Counted from the stretch's first letter, positions 28,400 through 39,782 are shown. The stretch: DNA of 57,614 nucleotides from an uncultured Candidatus Saccharibacteria bacterium (GCA_964520645.1 CAZFND010000004.1:1-57614), one strand, 5' to 3'. Notes: generated by a model not told the origin, from the sequence alone. A program made the numbers and translations.

Positions 28400-28408
28400 T
28401 GTTATACT
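28400..28408 (+). promoter_or_regulatory. Extended -10 (TGtTATACT) ending 6 nt before ATG 28415
   Basis: TG at 28400-28401, TATACT at 28403-28408, ATG at 28415. Confidence 0.4.
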
Positions 28409-28414
28409 TGAGGT

Positions 28415-28738
28415 ATGAATATACAGATAGAAAAATCTATTTTTTTAGTTTTAGTGTTTTTACAAGCGTTTTTGTATGTGTCTTTTAATATTCTTTCCAT
28501 AATTACTCAAGGTTTTAATATGTTAATTGTTGGAATCGCTGGGGGGACAGCAATATTTCTTTTAATTCCAAGTTTGTTACTGTTTTTGTGGGGAAAGAAA
28601 ATTTATTTATCAGATAAGAGTAGAAGTATTTATTGGGGTATTAAATTATCTCTAATTCCACTTTATGTATTTGGAGGAATACTTTTGCTTGCTTTTGTAT
28701 CAATGTTAATTGCACCTGCTGGTGTTGGTAATTCTTAA
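28415..28738 (+). CDS. Hypothetical 3-TM membrane protein
   Basis: 107 aa, hydrophobic, no recognisable family. Confidence 0.45.
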   Translation: MNIQIEKSIFLVLVFLQAFLYVSFNILSIITQGFNMLIVGIAGGTAIFLLIPSLLLFLWGKKIYLSDKSRSIYWGIKLSLIPLYVFGGILLLAFVSMLIAPAGVGNS

Positions 28739-29030
28739 CATTAGTTCTCACCTTGGCGACTAGCCACCCAATATAGCTCAGGTTGACTCAGGAGATAATG
28801 GGCGTATAATTGTCTATGTGAGTGCTAATAATGTTAGCTCTTATAGCAAATGTAGCGCAATGACTCGTTTCGGCGAGTCTTTTGCGTTTTTGGGAAGGTA
28901 ACATTTGTATTCGTCTCATATCTCATATAGAATAGTAAAAGTTATGTTTAGGATCGGTTGATGGTTGCACTCACATTCTACATTTGTTTGGAGCTAGCCC
29001 CATCGACCGATTCTGGACGGAACTACTAGA

Positions 29031-30062
29031 ATGACTATCACAGAGAATATTTTATTAAAAGATCATACCACCTTTAGAATTGGTGGTCCTGCGCGCTATT
29101 TTGTTGTTGTAAAAAGTGTAGAGGAATTGCGTGAAGCTATTACTTTTGCTCAAGAAAAAAATCTTGCGTACTTTGTTTTGGGAGGAGGGTCAAATGTTTT
29201 GATTTCTGATGCTGGCTTTTCTGGGCTCGTTATTAAAAATGAAATAATGGGAATTCAAGAAAATATTCTTGATACGAATACTACAGAAATAATAGTGGGT
29301 GCAGGGGAGAATTGGGATGCTTTTGTTGCATATGCTGTATCGCATGGTCTATATGGTATTGAAAACTTATCACTCATTCCAGGTACGGTGGGTGCAGCCC
29401 CGGTTCAAAACATTGGAGCATATGGAGTAGAAATAAAAGATACTATTCAATGGGTAGAAGTATTTGATGCTCAAGAAAATATGATCAAAAAATTTACAAA
29501 TCAAGAATGTGAGTTTGAATACAGAGATAGTGTATTCAAAAAAGTAGAATATAAAAAATATATAATCACTCGAGTTTGTTTTCTTTTAAAAAAGAATGGG
29601 GTAGTAAGAGCTGATTATAAAGATATAGCTAATTATATAGAATCACACGCACTTAATATAAGTGAGCTTTCTTTAAAACTCATGAGAGAGATAGTAATAG
29701 ATATTAGAACTAATAAACTGCCTGATGTGAAAGCTGTTGGTACGGCAGGATCTTTTTTTAAAAACCCAATAATTTCTCAGGAAAAATATAATGAGCTTAA
29801 AATAAAATATCAAGACATGCCTTCTTTTCCTGCTGCAAATAATAATGTGAAGATTCCTGCTGCATGGCTCCTGGATAAGCTTTGTGGATTTAAAGGATAT
29901 CGAGATGGTGATGTTGGAGTTTACCAAAATCAAGCACTTGTGTTAGTAAATTTTGGAAATGCATCAGCGCAAGACATTTTATCACTCGCAGAAAAAATGA
30001 TTGCATGTGTAAAAGAAAAAACAGGAATTGAATTAGAAAAAGAAGTGCAAATAATAAAATAA
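29031..30062 (+). CDS. murB: UDP-N-acetylenolpyruvoylglucosamine reductase
   Basis: Motifs HTTFRIGGPARYF, LGGGSNVLISD, GTAGSFFKNP. Confidence 0.92.
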   Translation: MTITENILLKDHTTFRIGGPARYFVVVKSVEELREAITFAQEKNLAYFVLGGGSNVLISDAGFSGLVIKNEIMGIQENILDTNTTEIIVGAGENWDAFVAYAVSHGLYGIENLSLIPGTVGAAPVQNIGAYGVEIKDTIQWVEVFDAQENMIKKFTNQECEFEYRDSVFKKVEYKKYIITRVCFLLKKNGVVRADYKDIANYIESHALNISELSLKLMREIVIDIRTNKLPDVKAVGTAGSFFKNPIISQEKYNELKIKYQDMPSFPAANNNVKIPAAWLLDKLCGFKGYRDGDVGVYQNQALVLVNFGNASAQDILSLAEKMIACVKEKTGIELEKEVQIIK

Positions 30063-30230
30063 TTTTTTAAAAATAAATTAAAATAAAAAACTTATCCACA
30101 ATATATTTAAAAAAATATTGTAATACAAAATTATATATACGATAATACAGGTAAGGTCATTCAATAATTTTTTTTGGTCGAGATTAATTGTGAGTGAGTC
30201 ATAATTGGTAACAAATAATTTTACATCTCT

Positions 30231-30326
30231 ATGGCAGTAAAAAAGAAAGCAAAGAAGACAAAGAAATCTACAAAAAAGACAACAAAGAAGAAAGCTTCTA
30301 AAAAGAAATCTTCTAAAAGAAGATAA
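30231..30326 (+). CDS. Lys-rich 31-aa micro-protein (not in the ORF track)
   Basis: MAVKKKAKKTKKSTKKTTKKKASKKKSSKRR. It sits alone between an AT-rich promoter-like region and a strong terminator starting 8 nt after the stop. No SD. Confidence 0.45.
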   Translation: MAVKKKAKKTKKSTKKTTKKKASKKKSSKRR

Positions 30327-30333
30327 TGAAAGT

Positions 30334-30364
30334 AAAAACCCGGGGCATATGCCCCGGGTTTTTT
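30334..30364 (+). terminator. Rho-independent terminator
   Basis: CCCGGGGC (30339-30346) pairs with GCCCCGGG (30351-30358), loop ATAT, then T6. Confidence 0.88.
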
Positions 30365-30385
30365 ATGTGGTAGAGTTATAGTACT

Positions 30386-30976
30386 ATGAAAAAAATAATA
30401 CTTTCACCTTGGTATTGGTTATACGCTATTATTTCAATAATTTATACGGCAGTTACATATTTCCCATTGGATTTTAAGTGTTTACAAGAAGGTACTGGGG
30501 GTTTTTGTGGTGTCTTTACTGGTATATTAAATCTTCCTGCACTTGTAATAATGTTTCCTTTTTCCATGCTTAAGATGTTTAATCCTGGTCCGGATCAACC
30601 CTGGTCTTCTACGGCTTTAATTACATATTATATACTTATGGTAATGGGTTGGTTAATACTAGGAGCTATTGTTGGATGGGTAATTTCTAAGATGTTAAGA
30701 AGGGGAACGTCTTTTAATTCTATTAAATTTGAAAAAGGAATTCTTACATTTCATATAATTGGAATTGTTCTTATTCTGGGGAAAATATTTTCTGCAGAAG
30801 GATTATTTGTATTTCTGGCTATTCCCATTATGATCATTACAATACCTGCATTAATGGTTCGTCTGTACCAGTCTTTAATTTTTAGAAATTATTCAAAAAT
30901 GGTTCAGTATCTCCTATTGATTTTGTTGCCCTTTGTTTGTCTAGGTCTCGTTACAGGATTCTGGAGTATTTTCTAA
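30386..30976 (+). CDS. Hypothetical polytopic membrane protein
   Basis: 196 aa with 5-6 TM helices. TATAGT lies 4 nt upstream of the ATG. No family recognised. Confidence 0.5.
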   Translation: MKKIILSPWYWLYAIISIIYTAVTYFPLDFKCLQEGTGGFCGVFTGILNLPALVIMFPFSMLKMFNPGPDQPWSSTALITYYILMVMGWLILGAIVGWVISKMLRRGTSFNSIKFEKGILTFHIIGIVLILGKIFSAEGLFVFLAIPIMIITIPALMVRLYQSLIFRNYSKMVQYLLLILLPFVCLGLVTGFWSIF

Positions 30977-31021
30977 AGTATCTAGTGCATATAATCTATT
31001 TTGTGATACCATAGCTGTACT

Positions 31022-33556
31022 ATGCTTGGATTAGAAAAATTATTTGGAAATAATAGTGAACGAGCGATTAAAGCCTTTTTACCCAATGTAAAGAAAATCA
31101 ATGATTTTGAGGCTACTATTGCAGCGCTTACTAATGAGCAATTAAAGGCAAAAACGGCTGAATTTAAGGATAAATTGACTAAAGGGGCAACAGTTGATGA
31201 ACTATTGCCTGAAGCTTTTGCTGTGGTGCGTGAAGCTGCTAAGCGTACTCTTGGTCAGCGACATTTTGATGTGCAGCTTATTGGAGGAATGATTTTGAAT
31301 TCAGGTGCTATCGCCGAAATGAAAACTGGAGAAGGAAAAACTCTGGTAGCAACACTTCCTGCATATCTTAATGCACTTTCTGGAAAAGGTGTCCATGTAG
31401 TGACTGTGAATGATTATCTCTCACGACGTGACGCTGTGTGGATGGGACAAGTGCACTCATTTCTTGGTTTGTCAGTAGGTGTGATCAATCATGATGCATC
31501 ATATCTTTACGATCCTGAACACAAAGAACTTGATAAAGAACGAGATGAGGTAGCTTCATTTAAGGTAGTGTATGAATTTTTGCGACCATGTACTCGTCGA
31601 GAAGCATACATGGCAGATATTACCTACGGAACAAATAATGAATTTGGTTTTGATTATTTGCGTGACAATATTGAATATGATGTTGAAAAACTTCGTCAGC
31701 GTGAATATAACTATGCAATCGTAGATGAAATCGACTCTATCTTAATTGATGAAGCGCGAACTCCGCTTATTATTTCTGCACCTACCGTAGAATCAGAAAA
31801 TCTATATGCAACGTTTGCAAAAATTGCTGAGCAACTTAAAGAAGGAACTGATTATGAAATTGATGAAAAACTTCGTGCGATCACACTAACAGATGAAGGA
31901 ATCACAAAAGCAGAAAAGCTATTGGGTGTAGATAATATGTATACAGAAAAGGGAATTAAATATGTGCATCACCTCGAAACTGCTGTCCGAGCGAAGGCCC
32001 TCTTTAAACGGGAAAAAGAATATGTAGTAAAAGATGATGGTATTACAATTGTTGATGAATTCACAGGACGATTGCAGCCCGGTAGACGATGGTCTGAAGG
32101 CTTGCATCAAGCTATTGAAGCTAAAGAAGGAGTAACAGTACAAAAAGAAACTCGGACCTATGCGTCTATTACATTCCAGAATTATTTCAGACTATACAAA
32201 AAATTGTCTGGTATGACTGGTACAGCTCTTACTTCTCAAGAAGAATTCTTGAAAGTATATGGTCTTGAAACAATTGCTGTTCCGACAAATCGTCCTGTAT
32301 CTCGAAAAGACTTCAATGATCTCATTTTTCAATCTGAATTAGGAAAATTTAAGGCAGTTGCGAAAAAAATTAAAGAAGTAAATAAAATTGGTCAGCCGGT
32401 TCTTGTGGGTACTGTTTCAATTGAAAAAAATGAATTACTCGGACAATTTCTTGCACGAGAAGGTATTAAACATGAAATTTTGAATGCTAAAAATCATGAG
32501 CGCGAAGGAGAAATTATTGCAATGGCTGGTAAAAAAGGAGCAGTAACTATAGCAACCAACATGGCGGGCCGTGGAGTGGATATTAAGCTTGGTGGTCCAG
32601 AAGCAACTCCCGAAGAACGCGAAGAGATCAAAAAAATTGGGGGACTTTATGTGATTGGAACGGAGCGTCATGAAGCACGACGTATTGATAATCAGCTCCG
32701 AGGCCGTTCGGGACGACAAGGAGATTCAGGTACTACACAGTTTTTTGTTTCGCTTGAAGATAGTCTTATGCGTATTTTTGCATCTGACATGATTAAGAAT
32801 TTGATGGGGCGCTTTGGAATTCCTGAAGATGAACCAATCGAAAATAGAATTATTACGCGATCTCTTGAATCGGCACAAACAAAAATAGAAGGATTTCATT
32901 TTGATTCTCGAAAACATACTCTTGAATACGATGATGTGCTCAATTATCAACGAAAGATTGTTTACGAACGACGACGAAAAGTGCTCATGGGTAAAGGAGA
33001 AGAATTGAAGCAATTACTCGATGAAATTCTAAAAACTGAACATGCAGATGATGCTACAAAAAATCTTCTAGAAGAAAAGAAAAAAACATTAGGTGAAGAA
33101 GAATTCTACAAAACAGTACGTAGACTTCTCTTGCAGACAATAGATATGTATTGGATTGATCACTTGGAAATTATGGAATACGTTCGTTCATCAGTAAATC
33201 TCCGTGCATATGGTCAGCGTGATCCACTTATTGAATATAAGAAAGAGGGATTGAGACTATTCAAAGAAATGGAACAGGGAATTAATGCCCAGGTAATGTC
33301 ACTCATTGCAGGTATTAATGCAGGAGCATTTCAAGAAGAAGAACAAAAATTGCGAAATGTTCAAAAGCAAGCTCAGCTTATTGGTGGATCTGAAACAACT
33401 ACTGATGCAGCATCTTCTCAAGTAAATAATGTATCTTCTGGAGAGAAATTAAATAGAAATGAGAAAGTTATAGTGACAAAAGCGGGTAGTGAGATGGAAA
33501 TTAAGTTTAAAAAACTTGACCAGTTTCTCAAAGATGGTTGGGTAGTAAAAAAATAG
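31022..33556 (+). CDS. secA: Preprotein translocase ATPase SecA
   Basis: Motifs MKTGEGKTLVATLPAYLNAL, DEIDSILIDEARTPLIIS, GRSGRQGDSG. Confidence 0.97.
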   Translation: MLGLEKLFGNNSERAIKAFLPNVKKINDFEATIAALTNEQLKAKTAEFKDKLTKGATVDELLPEAFAVVREAAKRTLGQRHFDVQLIGGMILNSGAIAEMKTGEGKTLVATLPAYLNALSGKGVHVVTVNDYLSRRDAVWMGQVHSFLGLSVGVINHDASYLYDPEHKELDKERDEVASFKVVYEFLRPCTRREAYMADITYGTNNEFGFDYLRDNIEYDVEKLRQREYNYAIVDEIDSILIDEARTPLIISAPTVESENLYATFAKIAEQLKEGTDYEIDEKLRAITLTDEGITKAEKLLGVDNMYTEKGIKYVHHLETAVRAKALFKREKEYVVKDDGITIVDEFTGRLQPGRRWSEGLHQAIEAKEGVTVQKETRTYASITFQNYFRLYKKLSGMTGTALTSQEEFLKVYGLETIAVPTNRPVSRKDFNDLIFQSELGKFKAVAKKIKEVNKIGQPVLVGTVSIEKNELLGQFLAREGIKHEILNAKNHEREGEIIAMAGKKGAVTIATNMAGRGVDIKLGGPEATPEEREEIKKIGGLYVIGTERHEARRIDNQLRGRSGRQGDSGTTQFFVSLEDSLMRIFASDMIKNLMGRFGIPEDEPIENRIITRSLESAQTKIEGFHFDSRKHTLEYDDVLNYQRKIVYERRRKVLMGKGEELKQLLDEILKTEHADDATKNLLEEKKKTLGEEEFYKTVRRLLLQTIDMYWIDHLEIMEYVRSSVNLRAYGQRDPLIEYKKEGLRLFKEMEQGINAQVMSLIAGINAGAFQEEEQKLRNVQKQAQLIGGSETTTDAASSQVNNVSSGEKLNRNEKVIVTKAGSEMEIKFKKLDQFLKDGWVVKK

Positions 33557-33566
33557 ATCGTGCGGG

Positions 33567-33577
33567 TGTGGTATAGT
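33567..33577 (+). promoter_or_regulatory. Extended -10 of TRTGn type (TGTGgTATAGT)
   Basis: Ends 10 nt before ATG 33588, giving a predicted leader of about 4 nt. Confidence 0.45.
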
Positions 33578-33587
33578 ATCAGAAAGA

Positions 33588-34661
33588 ATGTCTGATGTTA
33601 GTACACAATTTTATATTCATACCTATGCGGCATGGGAGAGTATGCTCGACGATATTAAAAATGCTCAAACATCAGTAGATATTGAGCAGTATATTTTTAC
33701 TATTGATACTATAGGTAAGAAATTTCTTGATGCACTCTATGAACGAGTACACCATGGCGTAAAAGTACGTATTATTTGTGATGCAGTAGGAAGCTATGGA
33801 TTTTTTAGCTCAGAAGTCCCACGTATACTCGAAAAAGTGGGAATCGAAGTACGATTTTTTAATCCTATTAGTTTGTGGTGGGTAACAAAATATTCATCAA
33901 ATTTTTTTCGTGATCATAGAAAATTGATGATCGTTGATGGTCATATCGCTCATATCGGTGGTGTAGGAATTCAAGATAAAATGAGGGAGTGGCGTGACAC
34001 GCATATGCGTATCAAAGGTCCTCTTGTTCAAGATATTGCCGAGACATTTCTCATCATGTGGAATCGTATGGAGAAATCATCATTCATTCGATTCCCACGA
34101 GTGCATCACTATGTAAAAAATTATCGATTGATGACAAATGCACCTCGCATTGGTCAGCGCTTTTTGTATCGTGAATTGATCGCGAATATACGTAATGCAC
34201 AAAAATATATTTATCTTACGACCCCGTATTTTATTCCAGATGTTCGTCTGTTTCGGGTATTAAAATTGGCTGCTAAGCGTGGAGTGGATGTCCGACTTCT
34301 TGTCCCAGAAATTGCTGATTCTTTATTTATTAATAATGCTCGCGAATCATATTTTTCTTCAGCACTTAAAGCTGGAATAAAAATATATATTTATAAGCCA
34401 GTTATTATGCACGCCAAGACCGCAGTAATTGATGATGAGTGGGCAACTGCAGGAAGTTTTAATCTTGATAGTTTGAGTTTGCATTTCAACACTGAAGCTA
34501 ATGTTTCGTCTGAAGACAGAGAATTCATTGTAAATATTAAAGTGCAATTTTTGAATGATAGTGCTCTTTCACAAGAAATTGTATTGAGTGAATGGAACAA
34601 ACGTTCATGGCGAAGGAAATTTCTTGAGTTTTTGACATGGCCATTTCATAGCATTATGTGA
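33588..34661 (+). CDS. cls: Phospholipase-D-family cardiolipin/phospholipid synthase, without an N-terminal TM
   Basis: Two HKD motifs: HRKLMIVDGHIAHIGGVG and HAKTAVIDDEWATAGSFNLD. Confidence 0.85.
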   Translation: MSDVSTQFYIHTYAAWESMLDDIKNAQTSVDIEQYIFTIDTIGKKFLDALYERVHHGVKVRIICDAVGSYGFFSSEVPRILEKVGIEVRFFNPISLWWVTKYSSNFFRDHRKLMIVDGHIAHIGGVGIQDKMREWRDTHMRIKGPLVQDIAETFLIMWNRMEKSSFIRFPRVHHYVKNYRLMTNAPRIGQRFLYRELIANIRNAQKYIYLTTPYFIPDVRLFRVLKLAAKRGVDVRLLVPEIADSLFINNARESYFSSALKAGIKIYIYKPVIMHAKTAVIDDEWATAGSFNLDSLSLHFNTEANVSSEDREFIVNIKVQFLNDSALSQEIVLSEWNKRSWRRKFLEFLTWPFHSIM

Positions 34662-34708
34662 CCTTGGCAAGTGGAAAAGATCTGCTAGACTACATTTATA
34701 TTCATTAA

Positions 34709-35998
<1,290 letters not shown>

Positions 35999-36001
35999 AA
36001 G

Positions 36002-37513
36002 ATGAAGCAATTCAAACAAGTTGTACTTATTGTTCTTGATGGATGGGGATATAGAGAAGATCCCACTCACAATGCTATCGCTCAAGCTAAACTTCCTCAT
36101 TTTGATTCACTTTGGAAGAAGTATTCTCATACTTTATTAGAAGCATCAGGCTTGGCTGTGGGGTTGCCGGAGGGTCAAATGGGTAATAGTGAAATAGGAC
36201 ACACTACCATTGGAGCAGGAAAAATAATTGATACAGACCTTGTTCGAATTGCGAAAGCTATAAAAGATAATCAGTTTATTTCAAATCCTGCATTCAATAC
36301 ACTTTTTGATCATGTAAAAAAATATGATTCTGTGCTTCATGTAAAAGGTTTGATTGGAACAGGAGGAGTCCATGCTCATAGTGAGCACCTTCATGCATTT
36401 TTGAAGGCAGCAAAAGAAGCCGGAATCAAAAAAATCGCAATTCACGCATTTACTGATGGACGAGATACTCCACCTCAAAGTGCTGCAGGATATCTTGAAG
36501 AATTAGAGAATGTTATAGAAGATCTTGGTATAGGATTTATTGCAAGTAGTTCTGGAAGATTCTATGCAATGGATCGCGATAATAATTGGGATCGACTCAA
36601 GAAAGTGGAAGAAGTGATTTTTGAAGGTAAAGGTAAGACTATTCAGTCTAAAACCCCTTCGCACATTGTTCGTGCATTATATAAAGAAAATAAAGTAGAT
36701 GAGCATCTTGAGCCTATTATGTTCTTAGATGAAAATGGAAAGGGATATACTGTAGGGAAAAATGATGGGGTATTCTTTTTCAATTTCAGATCTGATCGTG
36801 CAAAAATGCTTTCAAAAAAGATCAAAGAGCATGTTGAAAAAAATAATGTATGTTTTGTAACACTTACTGAATACGATAAAGACTTTAACGCTCATGTAGC
36901 ATTTCCTCAGATTCCTATTGAGACTACGCTTGCTGCAGAAGTTGCTGCTCATGGTATGACTCAGGCTCATATCGCTGAAACAGAAAAATTTCCCCATGCA
37001 ACCTACTTCCTCAATGGAGGCAAAAAAGATCCTCATTCTGGAGAAGCTCATATTCTTCTTGATAGTCGCAAAGATGTTCCTACGCACGATTTAGCTCCTA
37101 AGATGCGTGCTGAAGCTATAGCTAATAAAGCTATTGAGGAAATTAATAAAGGCACTCATTTTATTTTTATAAATTTTGCGAATCCCGATATGGTAGGACA
37201 TACAGCTAATGTCCCTGCCATTATTGAAGCACTCGAGGAAGTAGATACACAGCTTGGACGTGTTGTGACTGCTCTTTCCAAGCATGATGGAATTGCATTT
37301 GTTACTGCAGATCATGGTAATGCAGAAGTGAATGTTGATCTTATTACAGGAGAGCGACACACTGCGCATACTATTAATCCTGTTCCAGCTATTCTCACTC
37401 ATTCAGAAGTAGTCTTTAAAAATAAGGGAGGATTGGCAGATATTGCTCCTACCATTTTGAAGCTCTTGAACATTAAGCAACCAAAGAGTATGACAGGACA
37501 GAGTTTGGTATAA
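36002..37513 (+). CDS. gpmI: 2,3-bisphosphoglycerate-independent phosphoglycerate mutase
   Basis: Motifs VLIVLDGWG, GNSEIGHTTIGAG, TADHGNAE. Confidence 0.96.
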   Translation: MKQFKQVVLIVLDGWGYREDPTHNAIAQAKLPHFDSLWKKYSHTLLEASGLAVGLPEGQMGNSEIGHTTIGAGKIIDTDLVRIAKAIKDNQFISNPAFNTLFDHVKKYDSVLHVKGLIGTGGVHAHSEHLHAFLKAAKEAGIKKIAIHAFTDGRDTPPQSAAGYLEELENVIEDLGIGFIASSSGRFYAMDRDNNWDRLKKVEEVIFEGKGKTIQSKTPSHIVRALYKENKVDEHLEPIMFLDENGKGYTVGKNDGVFFFNFRSDRAKMLSKKIKEHVEKNNVCFVTLTEYDKDFNAHVAFPQIPIETTLAAEVAAHGMTQAHIAETEKFPHATYFLNGGKKDPHSGEAHILLDSRKDVPTHDLAPKMRAEAIANKAIEEINKGTHFIFINFANPDMVGHTANVPAIIEALEEVDTQLGRVVTALSKHDGIAFVTADHGNAEVNVDLITGERHTAHTINPVPAILTHSEVVFKNKGGLADIAPTILKLLNIKQPKSMTGQSLV

Positions 37514-37541
37514 TAGAGGCATAACTCTAATAATAAATAAT

Positions 37542-37958
37542 ATGTATATTTTTGTAGTGAATGCTGTGCCGGTATTGCTGGGAACGCTCGCAGCTGTATT
37601 GCTCGGAATGCTGTGGTATGGACCATTATTTGGAAAAATGTGGAAACAGCTTTCTGGAATTTCACTTGAAGAAACACCACATACAAAAAAACAAGAACAA
37701 CTCTCTTCTCTATATATTACTTTGTTAACACTATTGATGTCATACATTCTTACCGTGTTTTTTAGAAATCTACTCGTTATTTCTATTCAACAAGCATTAC
37801 TCATTCCAGCGCTTATTTGGATTGGCTTTATTGCTCCCATTACATCAAAAGAATATATTATGAATAAAAGTAAACCATGGAAATTGTATTTTATTAACAG
37901 TGGATACGTGCTTTTGAGTTTGCTTATCATGGGACTCATCAACTTTTGGTTAAGATAG
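37542..37958 (+). CDS. DUF1761-like membrane protein
   Basis: 138 aa. The GMLWYGPLFGKMW motif and four TM helices. Confidence 0.6.
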   Translation: MYIFVVNAVPVLLGTLAAVLLGMLWYGPLFGKMWKQLSGISLEETPHTKKQEQLSSLYITLLTLLMSYILTVFFRNLLVISIQQALLIPALIWIGFIAPITSKEYIMNKSKPWKLYFINSGYVLLSLLIMGLINFWLR

Positions 37959-37969
37959 TAATTTTGAGT

Positions 37970-37975
37970 TAATAT
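37970..37975 (+). promoter_or_regulatory. -10 box (TAATAT) exactly 6 nt before ATG 37982
   Basis: TAATAT at 37970-37975, ATG at 37982, no SD. Confidence 0.3.
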
Positions 37976-37981
37976 ATACCT

Positions 37982-39013
37982 ATGGAAACAATAAATACAA
38001 AGTCACAATATATTTTCTTTCTCTTTTTATTTTGGGGAATATTTCTTATATTATTTTTTATCTTTAAGCCTTTTCTCAATCCACTTGTTCTTTCATTGTC
38101 GCTAGCAATTGTCTTTTATCCTTTGTATCAGAGATTGTTAAAGGTTGTACGTGGGCGCGAGACGATAGCTGCATTTCTTACGGTAATTATTATTTTTGCA
38201 TCGGTAGGAATACCGCTCTTAGTTATCGGGGGAATGTTATTTAATGAAGCGCGAGGCCTCTATGTTTCATTAATAAGTCAGGATATGGGCTCTGGCTTTA
38301 CAACAGAGATTACTGCAGTTATTCAACGATATGTTAATTTTATTTCTCCTACTACTACTGTTGATCTCAGTGAATATGCTAAGTATACACTTGGCTGGGC
38401 AGTAAATAATCTCAATTCTTTTTTTTCTAGTTTCTTCCATATTGCTCTCTTTTTCCTTATTATGATTTTCTCTCTTTTCTATTTATTGAAAGATGGAAAG
38501 CGTTTGCGGGAAACATACATGAAATTCAGTCCTCTCTCAAATGTACATGATGAAACTATATTGATAAGAATTGCTGGTGCTATATCGACAGTGATTAAAG
38601 GATCATTGATCATTGCTTGTCTTCAAGGAATACTTGCTGGATTTGGTACATGGATGGCAGGAGTTCCCAATCCAATGATTTGGGGAGTGTGTGCTGCAAT
38701 TGCTAGCTTGATTCCTGGTGTAGGAACACCCTTAGTAATTATTCCGGCGATTGGGTACTTGTTTTTTGTGGGTCATATTCCTCAGGCAATAGGATTGCTT
38801 ATCTGGGAAATCGCTATTGTAAGTACAGTAGACAATTTCCTTTCACCACATCTTATTGAGCGAGGACTAAAGATTCATCCATTCTTTATTCTTATTTCGA
38901 TTCTTGGAGGTATTATGTTCTTTGGACCAGTAGGATTTATTCTTGGTCCTGTTGCTCTTGCATTTTTCTTCGCTCTTATCGATATTTATCCTCGGATTGC
39001 TCATATAATATAG
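37982..39013 (+). CDS. AI-2E (PerM/UPF0118) family transporter
   Basis: 343 aa with about 8 TM helices and a C-terminal ILGGIMFFGPVGFILGPV signature. Confidence 0.82.
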   Translation: METINTKSQYIFFLFLFWGIFLILFFIFKPFLNPLVLSLSLAIVFYPLYQRLLKVVRGRETIAAFLTVIIIFASVGIPLLVIGGMLFNEARGLYVSLISQDMGSGFTTEITAVIQRYVNFISPTTTVDLSEYAKYTLGWAVNNLNSFFSSFFHIALFFLIMIFSLFYLLKDGKRLRETYMKFSPLSNVHDETILIRIAGAISTVIKGSLIIACLQGILAGFGTWMAGVPNPMIWGVCAAIASLIPGVGTPLVIIPAIGYLFFVGHIPQAIGLLIWEIAIVSTVDNFLSPHLIERGLKIHPFFILISILGGIMFFGPVGFILGPVALAFFFALIDIYPRIAHII

Positions 39014-39014
39014 T

Positions 39015-39422
39015 ATGAAAAAAGTCTTACGATATTTTGATAAATTAGAAGATCGAGTACGAGGGCGATTGTCACGATACCCAATCTTGTATGCAATTAT
39101 TGGAGGTAGTGCCGTGGTACTGTTTTGGCGGGGAGTGTGGGTTACAGCAGACGAAATTTCTATGACGCTACCTGCTCAGTATCTCTGGCTTGATGGTCCA
39201 CTTTCGGTTGCAATTAGTGTATTTGTATTGTTGATCACAGGATTGTTTGTTTCATTCTTTTTGACAGACCGTATTATCCTTTCAGGCCTGAAGCAAGAAA
39301 AGAAACTTGAAGAAAAAACAGAAAGTGAAGTTCGCACAGAAGGTAATATTTTATTAGATCTCAAGGATCAGGTTAATAAAATAGAAAAAGAGATTCAAGA
39401 AATAGATACCAAAATTAATTAA
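39015..39422 (+). CDS. Hypothetical 2-TM protein with a C-terminal coiled coil
   Basis: 135 aa with two TM helices, then the charged heptad-like EKKLEEKTESEV...KIEKEIQEIDTKI. Confidence 0.5.
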   Translation: MKKVLRYFDKLEDRVRGRLSRYPILYAIIGGSAVVLFWRGVWVTADEISMTLPAQYLWLDGPLSVAISVFVLLITGLFVSFFLTDRIILSGLKQEKKLEEKTESEVRTEGNILLDLKDQVNKIEKEIQEIDTKIN

Positions 39423-39433
39423 TATATATTGTT

Positions 39434-39781
39434 ATGAATATTATTTTAAAACTGTTTGTAAATACACTTGTGATAATGCTCGTAGCATATTTTTTGCCTG
39501 GCTTTTTGGTTCCCAATTTATTTACTGCATTTATTGTCGCATTAGTATTGGGTATTATTAATATTACTCTTAAGCCCATTCTCCTTCTTGTTACATTACC
39601 TATAAACATTCTTACATTAGGATTGTTTACCTTTGTAATCAATGCTCTTATGTTGATGCTTGTTGCTTCTATTGTAAAAGGATTTGAAATTTCTGGTTTC
39701 CCAACAGCATTACTAGCTGCACTTATAATCTCAGTAGTGCACTTCTTTATTTATAGTCTCGATACTCCACGAAAAAATTAA
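39434..39781 (+). CDS. DUF360 / 'phage holin 4_2'-family small membrane protein
   Basis: 115 aa. LVAYFLPGF...LGIINITLKPILLLVTLPINILTLGLFTFVINALML matches the remembered family pattern. Confidence 0.72.
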   Translation: MNIILKLFVNTLVIMLVAYFLPGFLVPNLFTAFIVALVLGIINITLKPILLLVTLPINILTLGLFTFVINALMLMLVASIVKGFEISGFPTALLAALIISVVHFFIYSLDTPRKN

Positions 39782-39782
39782 T

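Noticed and set aside
30092-30100. A perfect DnaA box (TTATCCACA) in a 168-nt AT-rich spacer, as a possible oriC
   Set aside because: I found only one box, and a 9-mer is expected about 0.4 times by chance in this window on both strands. There is no dnaA, dnaN or gidA context and no box cluster.
39434-39781. The 'phage holin 4_2'/DUF360 protein as evidence for a prophage lysis cassette
   Set aside because: No endolysin, spanin, terminase or structural genes are adjacent. The neighbours are housekeeping genes (AI-2E transporter, MYG1, obg). This family is widespread in chromosomes.
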